From Candidatus Dadabacteria bacterium (GTDB lineage: Bacteria; Desulfobacterota_D; UBA1144; Nemesobacterales; CSP1-2): 64,000 nt of DNA. The stretch is taken from assembly GCA_963805855.1 (NCBI GenBank), contig CAWDVW010000005.1:928001-992000 (forward strand), written 5' to 3'. Position numbers and translations under genes: made by a program. The notes beneath the pieces were generated by a model that was not told the DNA's origin, did not search any database, and saw only the letters and a list, made by a program, of their open reading frames with translations. Below, in pieces: positions 19,074 to 28,501 of the stretch (the first letter of the stretch is position 1; the number at the start of each line of letters is the position of its first letter).

Positions 19074-19949
19074 CTATTTGAGGTTTTCAGTGGAAATCGC
19101 ACTATTAAAGTACTTAAAGAATTCCGAATCGGAGGGGATAACAAAAAGAGTATCGGGAGTGATGGCAGTCTTATACGCCTCCAGTGTTCTTTGGAAGCTA
19201 TAAAAACCCGGATCCTTTTCAAACGCTTCTGCATAGATACCTGCGGCCTTCGCATCACCTTCTCCCATAAGTTTTTGTGCCTTCTCATACGCCTCTGCAA
19301 GTATTATCTCTCTTTCCTTATCTGCTTGAGCGCGTATCTTGGCAGCTTCCTCCTCTCCCTCAGAACGATATCTCTTTGATATTCTGCCCCTCTCTGCCAC
19401 CATTCTCGCAAAGACACTTTCCTGCACCTCCTTTGGGAGATCGGCTCTCTTTATCCTGACATCGATTAATTCTATTCCAAAATCTCTTAATATTTGTCTG
19501 GCCTTGTCAGCAACTGCGTCCATTATAGCTTCCCTATTCTCCGCTATAATGTCCTCATAGTTAAACGACGCTAACTCGACCCTCATTTCTGAAAATACTA
19601 TATCTTCGATTCTCGACCTAGCTCCGAACTCGGTCATCACACTTTTGAAAAATGCCAATGGATCCACGATCTTCCAATGACTTATGTAATCAACTATCAA
19701 TCTCTTTTTATCAAGCGTAAGGTATTCTCCCGGTGGCGCATCCGTGTAAAGAACTCTCTTATCAAACCTATGGATCTTCTGGACAAAGGGCGTTTTAGCA
19801 TGCAAACCCGCATCCTTTACGGTCGCAACATATCGACCAAACTGAGTAATTATGACTTGATCCGTCTCGTAGACTCTATACAGCCATTGAGGCAAAACAA
19901 TTAACAGTAAAATTATGATTAATATGATTCCAATCGGCCCAAATCTCAT
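19074..19949 (-). CDS. hflC: FtsH modulator HflC
   Basis: SPFH domain; DVRIKRADLP, RMVAER, YRSEGEEEA, FYSFQRTLEAY. Confidence 0.93.
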   Translation of the reverse strand: MRFGPIGIILIIILLLIVLPQWLYRVYETDQVIITQFGRYVATVKDAGLHAKTPFVQKIHRFDKRVLYTDAPPGEYLTLDKKRLIVDYISHWKIVDPLAFFKSVMTEFGARSRIEDIVFSEMRVELASFNYEDIIAENREAIMDAVADKARQILRDFGIELIDVRIKRADLPKEVQESVFARMVAERGRISKRYRSEGEEEAAKIRAQADKEREIILAEAYEKAQKLMGEGDAKAAGIYAEAFEKDPGFYSFQRTLEAYKTAITPDTLFVIPSDSEFFKYFNSAISTENLK

Positions 19950-20009
19950 TTTTAACCCGGATGCCCCCTGAATAATCGGAATTAGTCGAAAACCCAGAAC
20001 AATGCCTTC

Positions 20010-21020
20010 TTATTTCTCATTCTGTTTTTTATCCATTTCTCGTAATGGAAGGAACTTAAGAATATTCTCACTCGCCTCAGGACCTATCACAACCTTGTTT
20101 GCATTCGGCAAAATTTGTTCCATAGTCTCAATATAGAGCCTGGTAGCTGTGACTCCCTTTGCTTTCTGATATTCCTCTAGTATCTCAAGGAATCTTTCTG
20201 TATCACCCTGTGCTTTTATCACCCTTTGCTCCCTGTAAGCTTCTGCTCCCCGTATCCTCTTTTCAGCCTCACCTCGCGCCTTCGGTATTATGTCTTCCGC
20301 ATACCCTCTTGCTTCGTTCGTAAGTCGCTCCTGATCTTCTCTCGCCCTTACAACTTCATTAAAAGAATCCTTGACCTGCGCAGGGGGGTCCACTACCTGT
20401 AGCTTGAAATCAGTGACCAAGAGACCAGCCTCATATGTATCGAGCAGTTGCTGGAGAAAATTCCTAGAATCCTCTTGTATCTTGACCTTACCAACCGTGA
20501 GGGCATCATCTATCGTCGTTTTCCCTATAACGCTCCTCAATGCTACTTCGGCCGAATCCAGTAATACCTTGTCTGGATCACTTACCTTGAAAAGATAGTT
20601 CGAAGGGTTTTTGACCTTGTATTGAACAATGGCCTGTGCGTCGACGATATTTTCATCCCCTGTGAGCATCAGAGATTCTTCAGGAATCGGTCTAGGTCTG
20701 GGGCTTGTCCTAAAACCGATCTCTACCCTTCTTATTACCGCCATATTTACCAACTTCACGTTTTCAATCGGCAGGGGCAAATGATAACTTAGACCAGGTT
20801 CAGATCGACCTACTTCTCTCCCAAATCGCAAAACAACACCAATTTCTCCAGGTTCTACCGTGTAGATACCTGTAGCAATCCATATGGCTACTATTATTAT
20901 CACAATGATCGGCCATAGCCGACCTCCCCTATCCCCCCCGTTTCCGGTCTTTCTCAACCAGTACTCACGGATGTCACTCCAAATAGTCCGACCTTCACCA
21001 AAACCGTTTCCTCTAACCAA
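20010..21020 (-). CDS. hflK: FtsH modulator HflK
   Basis: ESLMLTGDENIVD, VDPPAQVKDSFNEVVRARED, IIPKARGEA; TTG start with GGAGG RBS. Confidence 0.93.
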   Translation of the reverse strand: MVRGNGFGEGRTIWSDIREYWLRKTGNGGDRGGRLWPIIVIIIVAIWIATGIYTVEPGEIGVVLRFGREVGRSEPGLSYHLPLPIENVKLVNMAVIRRVEIGFRTSPRPRPIPEESLMLTGDENIVDAQAIVQYKVKNPSNYLFKVSDPDKVLLDSAEVALRSVIGKTTIDDALTVGKVKIQEDSRNFLQQLLDTYEAGLLVTDFKLQVVDPPAQVKDSFNEVVRAREDQERLTNEARGYAEDIIPKARGEAEKRIRGAEAYREQRVIKAQGDTERFLEILEEYQKAKGVTATRLYIETMEQILPNANKVVIGPEASENILKFLPLREMDKKQNEK

Positions 21021-21225
21021 GAACTTCCTCCAACAGGGTTTCCCTTAGTCTAACCTATGTACGCATGTCGTCAAATGTCCCTAAGTCACTAAATTTCTTG
21101 TTTAATCACAAATTCATGCACAAAATAGCTTTGGCTGGAATAAGAAGAAATGCAGTATAAAAGCAAAACAGTTGATTAATAACTACAGAAAGGAAACGTT
21201 TAAAGAAGAATAGAATTCCTTCAAA

Positions 21226-22377
21226 TTAAACCATCTCCTCGTTTGACGATACCAACTTATCCAATGTTTCTCTTTGAATATGTTCGATTTCCGTCCTCGC
21301 CCGGGTAATTTCATCAGTTGATTTTCCACGCTCCCTAAATTCGTCGATCATCGAGTCGAGCTTGGTCAATATGTGCCTCAACTTGGTTTGAGCTTCTATG
21401 TTCGCATTTATTTCCAACTCTTCATTTTCCCAATCCCGTTTTGAATACGAATGTAGTTCCCTGGCTTGTATAAGCAATTCCCTTAAAGCATCCTTATAAC
21501 CGTGAAGTATCTGATAGATGGCAGCTTTAATCTCTCCCACTTCGCCCGGATCGCGCCATAGTACATTTTCTAAAATATTTAAGTCGCTCTCTATGACTTC
21601 GTCCCTGCCTGAGAGGTAAGCCTTTGACCTAAGTAGTGAAATAGACTGTTTGTATCGCCTGTCAGACAGAACAATACCCTTTTTCCTGAGCTCACTCCTC
21701 AGGCGCAAAACCAATTTTACCACATGCGGTGGAACCGAAATCTCATTAACTTGTGATTGACACTTTATAAGCTCATCCAATGTCATTGATGTAACGCCAT
21801 CATCTATCTCTTCTGTATTTAACATTTTTAAGAACCTAAAATCCTCCTTAACATAATCCACTACATACCTAAGCAAAAACCTATCATACAAAGCCTCGAG
21901 CTCATCCTCCTCGGAGGGAAGCTCATTACTTGCCCCGAAAAGTGAAATCAGTGGTACTTGAACCACATCAGTACTGTTATAAAAGACCCTCTCATTCATG
22001 ATGGTGAGAAGCGTATTTAATATAGATGAGCTGGCTTTGAACACCTCGTCAAGAAAAGCTATGTGAGCCTCCGGTATTTTCCCATCAATAACCCTGCGAT
22101 ATTCATCGTTTTCAAGTCCCTTAAGGCTAACTGCTCCGAAAATTTCCTCTGGAGTCGTAAACTTTGTGAGGAGCCATTGAAAATAATGGGCCCCGTCTAT
22201 TCTCTCACACACCTCATGAACAAGCTGAGATTTTGCAGTGCCTGGAGGACCGATAATTAGCATATGATTGCCGGTGAGAAGTGCACATAAAGCGCCTTCT
22301 ATAACCTCGTCTCTTTCAAATAACCGACTTCTCAACTCCTCGATTATCTTTCTTAATGTTACTACCATTCTTTCCAT
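21226..22377 (-). CDS. MoxR-class AAA+ ATPase, RavA-like
   Basis: GPPGTAKS Walker A, FLDEVFKA Walker B, ASNELP, LYDRFLLR; overlaps the end of gspK. Confidence 0.88.
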   Translation of the reverse strand: MERMVVTLRKIIEELRSRLFERDEVIEGALCALLTGNHMLIIGPPGTAKSQLVHEVCERIDGAHYFQWLLTKFTTPEEIFGAVSLKGLENDEYRRVIDGKIPEAHIAFLDEVFKASSSILNTLLTIMNERVFYNSTDVVQVPLISLFGASNELPSEEDELEALYDRFLLRYVVDYVKEDFRFLKMLNTEEIDDGVTSMTLDELIKCQSQVNEISVPPHVVKLVLRLRSELRKKGIVLSDRRYKQSISLLRSKAYLSGRDEVIESDLNILENVLWRDPGEVGEIKAAIYQILHGYKDALRELLIQARELHSYSKRDWENEELEINANIEAQTKLRHILTKLDSMIDEFRERGKSTDEITRARTEIEHIQRETLDKLVSSNEEMV

Positions 22378-23474
22378 GAGATTATATGTATTCCTGTTGA
22401 TTGCCCGGAAGAACCCTTCCTTATAACCGCTTCTACCGTCCTTAAAGTTGGATTGTCTTCACCAAAGATCCCAGAAGAGACTACAGAAAACACATCACTC
22501 TCTCCGGAACTTAAAACAACACCACCAATTCCGGAGCTAATTTTGAGTGTTGGGTCAACATCCTTAATGATCTCGTTCACCTTCTTTCGGTCAATGATGG
22601 AGTCATCTTTTCTAGCCTCCATGACCCCTTCGGCGATTCTATCCACAATATCATCCTTCAAATCTTCAGGTGATGAGTCCTCTTGTCTTTCTATTGCTGA
22701 AACCGCTGCGCCCTTAAGAGCCGAGATCATGACGGATTTTGAAGCCGTACTGAAGTTTACCTTTTTATCAGCGGGATACACGGTAACATAATTCTTAATC
22801 TTGTCGAAGAACTCTTCATCCATACCCCGTATCATACGAATTTCGTCAACACTATCAAGTGGGCCATTTTTTATATTGTATGGATTTTCAAGGCTGAGAT
22901 AGTAGTCAGCAGCGGCACCCGATGAATCTTGATCATTTTGTCCCCCCTCAATGGGGTGATCGAGCCAATTTATTAGGCTCGCAATAAATAAGTCAGATTT
23001 TCTCGGGTCTACATCCAGGACTCTAAAGAGTTCCTCCAGCTCAGTTTCCACCTGCTTATCAACTCTATTTGACGATTGATTGACAAGTGCATTCAAATTG
23101 ATCTTTGAACGCTCGTCAATAACAGTGAGTGAAACATTGCCGTCACCAACCGGAAGGACCGGCACTCTGATAGACCATATTTCATCGGATTCTTCACTCT
23201 GATTGTTCAACAGACTAGTAGCTTTCTTTAAGTCTTCGAGCGGAGTTTCCTTCATTGCTCCAGCAACAACATTTACGCCCGATTTCGCAATGTATCTAGC
23301 CTTGATATAATCTCTTGTGTTCGCTGAGATCTCAGAATCTATCTGTGTAAAGTAAATAAGATCTACCACAAGGGTGGTAAGAATTGCTGTGACGATGAGT
23401 ACGATAATAAGAACGACCCCGCTATCAGACCTGTTTCCCTTAAAATTTTGCCTCATACGAAAATTACTTTTCAT
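22362..23474 (-). CDS. gspK: T2SS minor pseudopilin GspK
   Basis: G/VVLIIVL prepilin site, DERSKINLN, NGPLDSVDEIRMIRGM; start may be slightly downstream. Confidence 0.9.
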   Translation of the reverse strand: MKSNFRMRQNFKGNRSDSGVVLIIVLIVTAILTTLVVDLIYFTQIDSEISANTRDYIKARYIAKSGVNVVAGAMKETPLEDLKKATSLLNNQSEESDEIWSIRVPVLPVGDGNVSLTVIDERSKINLNALVNQSSNRVDKQVETELEELFRVLDVDPRKSDLFIASLINWLDHPIEGGQNDQDSSGAAADYYLSLENPYNIKNGPLDSVDEIRMIRGMDEEFFDKIKNYVTVYPADKKVNFSTASKSVMISALKGAAVSAIERQEDSSPEDLKDDIVDRIAEGVMEARKDDSIIDRKKVNEIIKDVDPTLKISSGIGGVVLSSGESDVFSVVSSGIFGEDNPTLRTVEAVIRKGSSGQSTGIHIISWKEW

Positions 23475-23510
23475 GCATAATTACCCAAACATAAGAGAGC
23501 ACACCAAGTG

Positions 23511-24185
23511 CTACTCACCTAATGGTATCAAAATCAGTGTGTTAAATTCAACATCTTCTCCTCTAGGACTCCGCATGGTCAACGTAACTTCCACAACCTT
23601 GGGCAGCGAGCCCGTTTGATCTGAGTTAAACTCGTCTACAAAGCTCTCCTCGCTATCATTTTCGGTCATGTACCTTAGATTAAATCTGATCAAGCTTTCG
23701 GAAATCGGATATTTTATGCCGCCTGAGTCGGTACCTATCCGAGGGTTTTCTTCCCTAATAAGGTAGAAGAGATCGGACTGTGGAACAGGTTCCAAATAAT
23801 AACTGATTTCAGCCTGATCTGAATCTATAGCATTAAATGCAGGTCGACGAGAAAGCGAGGTAAGTGTGACCCTGCTGTTATCTCCATCCTTTGTACCAAT
23901 GAAAAATGAAGAAGTTGAGATTAATGACTTATTGAATACCTCACCCCTTGGGTATGCTGATTGAAAGTCTTCCGTCATCTTTGAAAAAACAACCCTAGCT
24001 TCGTGATAGAGATCGAGTTCACTTTCCGCAACATCCTTGGCCTTTATAATCTGGAAAAAAGACGAGTACAGAACTGTTAAGACAATTGAACCAATAAAAA
24101 TAGCCAGGAGCACCTCAATTAAGGTAAACCCCTTTTCAGTAATCAGATAATGCCATTGAAACTTGAAAATCTTTTTTACCCTCAT
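23511..24185 (-). CDS. gspJ: T2SS pseudopilin GspJ
   Basis: [10 protein letters not shown] prepilin motif, [10 protein letters not shown]-terminus, operon position. Confidence 0.85.
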   Translation of the reverse strand: MRVKKIFKFQWHYLITEKGFTLIEVLLAIFIGSIVLTVLYSSFFQIIKAKDVAESELDLYHEARVVFSKMTEDFQSAYPRGEVFNKSLISTSSFFIGTKDGDNSRVTLTSLSRRPAFNAIDSDQAEISYYLEPVPQSDLFYLIREENPRIGTDSGGIKYPISESLIRFNLRYMTENDSEESFVDEFNSDQTGSLPKVVEVTLTMRSPRGEDVEFNTLILIPLGE

Positions 24186-24597
24186 CCCATGTAATCCGTA
24201 ATATTACAATTCTTATCTCTGTGTCCAGGTTTGCAATCTGATAGGGCACTACAGACAGAAACCAGTTAAATTCTGGCGCCTCTTCAAATTGTCCCTGCTC
24301 CTGCCTTATCTCAGGATAGCCTTCGAGCTCGACCTCAGCCAACTTCCGTTGGGCAAGTAAACCAGCTATTGAGAGGTTTTTTGACTGTGAAGCCATAATT
24401 AAATTTCTGTTCACAGCACCCAGTAAGACTGTAAGTCCGGCTCCCAGAATCGCTACAGCGACAAGTACCTCCAATAGAGTAAATCCATTATTAGATTTTG
24501 CACGGTTAATTGTTGCTGAATCACCGTTCCTCGGGACTTTACACTTCGCCAAATAATTTAAAAATGACCTATTTATTAAGTAGATCCACATATTCAT
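24136..24597 (-). CDS. gspI: T2SS pseudopilin GspI
   Basis: [14 protein letters not shown]; start uncertain. Confidence 0.8.
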   Translation of the reverse strand: MNMWIYLINRSFLNYLAKCKVPRNGDSATINRAKSNNGFTLLEVLVAVAILGAGLTVLLGAVNRNLIMASQSKNLSIAGLLAQRKLAEVELEGYPEIRQEQGQFEEAPEFNWFLSVVPYQIANLDTEIRIVILRITWDEGKKDFQVSMALSDY

Positions 24598-25078
24598 CGA
24601 ATACCATAGTGCCCCCGGTATAGGGTTTTGTTACCAACGTGTAGTATTTCCCGTCGTCAGACTCAAGATGAATCACAGCCGGTTCTACAAATCCAGTCGG
24701 CAAAAATAGTATAAATTGTTCATTCTGCCCAAGTGAATTAACTCGGCTTCGATCGGTCATCACATCTTTGAAGGATAAACCCTCCGGTAGTTTTCTCTTC
24801 TTCAGTGTTGGGTCATCAGGAATTACAAATTCGTTTCCCTCCTGAACCTCAACCCAGTACTCTTCATTGTCTAAATCGAACGATAACTTATAGATCCTTT
24901 TTTTAAAGGCAGCCTCATTGTAAAGATACTTGATAGTACCAGCCATTCTTCGGGAGGTGCTTTTAATGTTCACATCATTAAGGTCCTTGAACTTTGGAAT
25001 TGCAACTAGTAGAAAGAAACCCAATAGAATCATGACTGCAGTAAGTTCGATTAGGGTAAAGCCTTTTTTATCTTTCAT
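24569..25078 (-). CDS. gspH: T2SS pseudopilin GspH
   Basis: [10 protein letters not shown] prepilin motif, follows gspG. Confidence 0.8.
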   Translation of the reverse strand: MKDKKGFTLIELTAVMILLGFFLLVAIPKFKDLNDVNIKSTSRRMAGTIKYLYNEAAFKKRIYKLSFDLDNEEYWVEVQEGNEFVIPDDPTLKKRKLPEGLSFKDVMTDRSRVNSLGQNEQFILFLPTGFVEPAVIHLESDDGKYYTLVTKPYTGGTMVFDEYVDLLNK

Positions 25079-25503
25079 TGTAGGTTGCGGTTAGATATAT
25101 CCTCATCGCTTGGATATACACCGTCTGGACCTGGTGATATAATCTCAAATGAACCATCATGTGTCTGGTCTGGCCCAATGTAGATAAACTCGTTTCCCCA
25201 CTGATCTAGGGGAACCTTTCCACCCTCAAGATAACCGTCGGAAGAATAACGCGGAGGAATCCTACCGGCAGTTGGTGGAATTACTAGTGAATCAAGGCCC
25301 TGTTGAGTTTCGGGATAGAATCCATTATCAATCTTAAACAACTTTAACGCAGACTCGATTTGCTTAATCTGTATCTTTGTTTGCTCTTTCCTAGCTTGGT
25401 CCAATCGACCTATCACGTTTGTGCCGACTATATAGGCTAGTCCTGCAATTATGATCAAAACGACCATAATCTCAATAAGAGTAAAACCACCCTGTGATCT
25501 CAT
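25075..25503 (-). CDS. gspG: T2SS major pseudopilin GspG
   Basis: GFTLIEIMVV, DNGFYPETQQGL, DQWGNEF, SPGPDG. Confidence 0.95.
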   Translation of the reverse strand: MRSQGGFTLIEIMVVLIIIAGLAYIVGTNVIGRLDQARKEQTKIQIKQIESALKLFKIDNGFYPETQQGLDSLVIPPTAGRIPPRYSSDGYLEGGKVPLDQWGNEFIYIGPDQTHDGSFEIISPGPDGVYPSDEDISNRNLQ

Positions 25504-25513
25504 GTATTACCTC

Positions 25514-26722
25514 CTATTTTCCAATCGTAGATGTTAAATCAAATATCGGCAGAAGAATGGCAAAAACTATAAATCCGATTATTACACCTATTATCAATAT
25601 CATAACAGGTTCAAGTAATGATGTAAGCGTTGAAACATAAGTCTCAACCTGCAGATCATATATATCCGCAATCTTAACCAGCATTTCTTCCATCTCTCCT
25701 GTTTGTTCCCCGACCGCAATCATCCTAGTCACGAGTGGAGGGAAGACCCCGCTTTCTCTAAGAGGAGTTGCAAGACTCGTACCCTCTCTCACATTCTCCC
25801 GAACATTTTTCAGGGCTTGAACATAGACTGAGTTTCCCAGCACAGCTTCTCCGATCTCCAGTGCCTCGAGCAGTGGAATACCGCTTCCTATAAGTGTTCC
25901 AAGAGTGCGAGTGAACCTGGATATCGCAACCAGCTTCGCTATTTTACCAAAGATAGGAACCTTAAATACTAAACGATCATAAAACTGCTTACCCCTATCC
26001 GTATTTTTAAAGCGAAAAACAAAGATAATCACAGCCCCCAAGACAACTAAAAGGGCAATCAGATTATTGGAGATGAAGTTGCTAAGACCTATCAAGGCAA
26101 CTGTAATTAGTGGCAGTGACGTACTGCTTTCTTCAAAAATTTTTGCGATCCTGGGAATCACGTACGACATCATGAAGAAAAGCACGCCACTGCCAATTAG
26201 GAACATAAAAATTGGGTACACCATGGCACTTCTCACGCGGGCACGGAGCGCTGATTGCTTCTCAAGAAAATCCGCAAGCCTCAGGAGAACAATGTCCAAC
26301 GTCCCACTCGATTCCCCTGCTTTTACGATATTTATGTAAAGGTCCGAAAAGACCCTCGAGTGCTCAGTCAAAGCATTTGCCAATGAGCTACCCTCGCTGA
26401 TCCTGTCTTTCACTTCGGTTAGCACCTGACTTAGCCTTGGGTCTTCAGTCTGCTCACCAAGCGCCTGCAGCGAGGCTTCAAGCGGAAGCCCGGCCGAAAT
26501 TAGTGTAGAAAACTGTCTCGTTGTAACCGCTAGCTCTGAGGTGCTAATCCCCCTTAAGCGAAACATTCCTCTTCCCTTATCCTTCTTCACTTCCTTAAGC
26601 GAAGAGAGAAAAACCCCTTCCCGTTTTAACTTATCTGTCGCCGCTTTTGGTGATTCTGCGTCAAGAATGCCCTGCAGAGACTTTCCATTCTCATTAATCG
26701 CTTTGTATTTATATACAGGCAT
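25514..26722 (-). CDS. gspF: T2SS inner membrane protein GspF
   Basis: TRQFSTLISAGLPL, AGESSGTL, VGEQTG, LLEPVMI. Confidence 0.95.
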   Translation of the reverse strand: MPVYKYKAINENGKSLQGILDAESPKAATDKLKREGVFLSSLKEVKKDKGRGMFRLRGISTSELAVTTRQFSTLISAGLPLEASLQALGEQTEDPRLSQVLTEVKDRISEGSSLANALTEHSRVFSDLYINIVKAGESSGTLDIVLLRLADFLEKQSALRARVRSAMVYPIFMFLIGSGVLFFMMSYVIPRIAKIFEESSTSLPLITVALIGLSNFISNNLIALLVVLGAVIIFVFRFKNTDRGKQFYDRLVFKVPIFGKIAKLVAISRFTRTLGTLIGSGIPLLEALEIGEAVLGNSVYVQALKNVRENVREGTSLATPLRESGVFPPLVTRMIAVGEQTGEMEEMLVKIADIYDLQVETYVSTLTSLLEPVMILIIGVIIGFIVFAILLPIFDLTSTIGK

Positions 26723-26788
26723 TTTAATTTAGTTGAGATCTCTACACGAATAAGGTTAGAAACTTATTTAAGGATATCCTATGGTGTC

Positions 26789-28501
26789 TTATAGATGATC
26801 ATCACTTTCCTCTGCAACACGCATAACTTCATCTATCGAAGTTTGCCCTTTAAGAACCTTCTCTGCACCATCCACCCTCAATGTGTTCATGCCATGCTCG
26901 TTAGCTTTCCTCTTTATGCTGGTAGAATCCGCACTGCTTAAGGTAAGGTTCCTGATATCATCGTTAATCACAAGAATTTCAAATATACCACTCCTGCCAG
27001 CATATCCAGTTCCCAGACAGTCGCTGCATCCCGTCGCCCTGTATAGACCTGATTCGGGTACCTCACTTGCATCGATGCCAATTCGAACAAGCTCGTCATT
27101 TACTGGTTTATATGGCTCCTTGCATTTCATACATAGTATCCGCACCAGCCTCTGGGCTATAACTGCAACCAGAGACGATGCAACCAGGAATGGTTCGATA
27201 CCCATATCAACCAGCCTCGTAATTGCACTGGCCGAATCATTTGTGTGCAAAGTGGAAAAAACCAGGTGCCCCGTTAGCGAAGCGTGTATTGCTATGTCGG
27301 CGGTATCCCTGTCTCGAATCTCTCCCACCAAAACTATGTCCGGGTCCTGACGAAGAATGGACCTTAGTCCATTAGCAAAGGTCAAGTTTACTTTCGTATT
27401 CACTTGTATCTGATTAATTCCCAATATCTGATACTCAACCGGATCTTCGATAGTGATAATTTTTTTATCAGGAGAATTTATTCTCTCCAGAGCAGCATAG
27501 AGGGTAGTAGTTTTCCCTCCACCGGTTGGGCCAGTCACAAGAAGTATTCCATGTGGACGATGGATAAGTGAATTAATAGTCTCAAGCTTTTTCCCAAATA
27601 AACCAAGATCCTCTAGACTGAGTAGAACGGACGACCGATCGAGTAGCCTCATCACAATACTTTCGCCGTGAGAAGTAGGCACAGTAGAAATCCTGACATC
27701 TACATCTCGGCCCGCAACTTTAACGCGGATCCTGCCATCTTGGGGCTTCCTCTTCTCAGCAATATCCAGCTCTGCCATAATCTTTACCCTGGATATAACG
27801 GAAGATTGAAGCTTCTTGGCGACCCTTGTGACCTTATGGAGCATCCCATCTTTTCTGAACCTGACAACCACTTCTTTTTCAAAACACTCTATATGAATAT
27901 CGCTTGCCTTCTCCTTTACTGCCTGAAATAGTAGTGAGTTTACAAACCTAATTATTGGCGCCTCATCATCTGCTTCGAGTAGATCCCTCGGTTCTTGTAG
28001 TTCGGATTCCGGAATCCCCATGGACTCGTGGTGTACCATCTCGCCGGTCATTTCCTTATCGCGCTCATAGACCTTGTTTATGTTATCCATAACGACATGG
28101 CTCAAGGCAAGATGAGGTTCTATTTCACAACCGAATAGAGACCTTACTTCATCGAGAACATACAGATCCAACGGTGGCGCGACGACTACAACAACCCTTT
28201 CACCTTCTCTCTTCAGTGGAATAAGCTTATACCTCTTCGCGAAGCTTATAGGCAGGAGCCTCACAAGCTCCGGGTCAATATCCCGTTCAGACATTTTTGT
28301 GATATGTGGTATTTCATAGAATTCTGAGAAGACCTCCAGCATGTCCTCGTCCTTCAGAAGATTCGATTTTACCACTGCGTCCTCAAACCGTTCTCCATTA
28401 CTCGACGTTAGCTCTGCTATCCTGCCCCTTGCTTCAGGGTTTTTCTCTACAATAATCTCTTCAAGACTCCTCACTTCTTCAATACACCTCCTGTTTCTCA
28501 A
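26789..28501 (-). CDS. gspE: T2SS ATPase GspE
   Basis: ASDIHIE, GPTGGGKTTT, LRQDPD, TLHTND, tetra-Cys motif. Confidence 0.95.
   Translation of the reverse strand: MRNRRCIEEVRSLEEIIVEKNPEARGRIAELTSSNGERFEDAVVKSNLLKDEDMLEVFSEFYEIPHITKMSERDIDPELVRLLPISFAKRYKLIPLKREGERVVVVVAPPLDLYVLDEVRSLFGCEIEPHLALSHVVMDNINKVYERDKEMTGEMVHHESMGIPESELQEPRDLLEADDEAPIIRFVNSLLFQAVKEKASDIHIECFEKEVVVRFRKDGMLHKVTRVAKKLQSSVISRVKIMAELDIAEKRKPQDGRIRVKVAGRDVDVRISTVPTSHGESIVMRLLDRSSVLLSLEDLGLFGKKLETINSLIHRPHGILLVTGPTGGGKTTTLYAALERINSPDKKIITIEDPVEYQILGINQIQVNTKVNLTFANGLRSILRQDPDIVLVGEIRDRDTADIAIHASLTGHLVFSTLHTNDSASAITRLVDMGIEPFLVASSLVAVIAQRLVRILCMKCKEPYKPVNDELVRIGIDASEVPESGLYRATGCSDCLGTGYAGRSGIFEILVINDDIRNLTLSSADSTSIKRKANEHGMNTLRVDGAEKVLKGQTSIDEVMRVAEESDDHL

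Noticed and set aside
18932-19379. ORFs of 122 and 106 aa around the tRNA
   Set aside because: They overlap tRNA-Leu and hflC; shadow frames.
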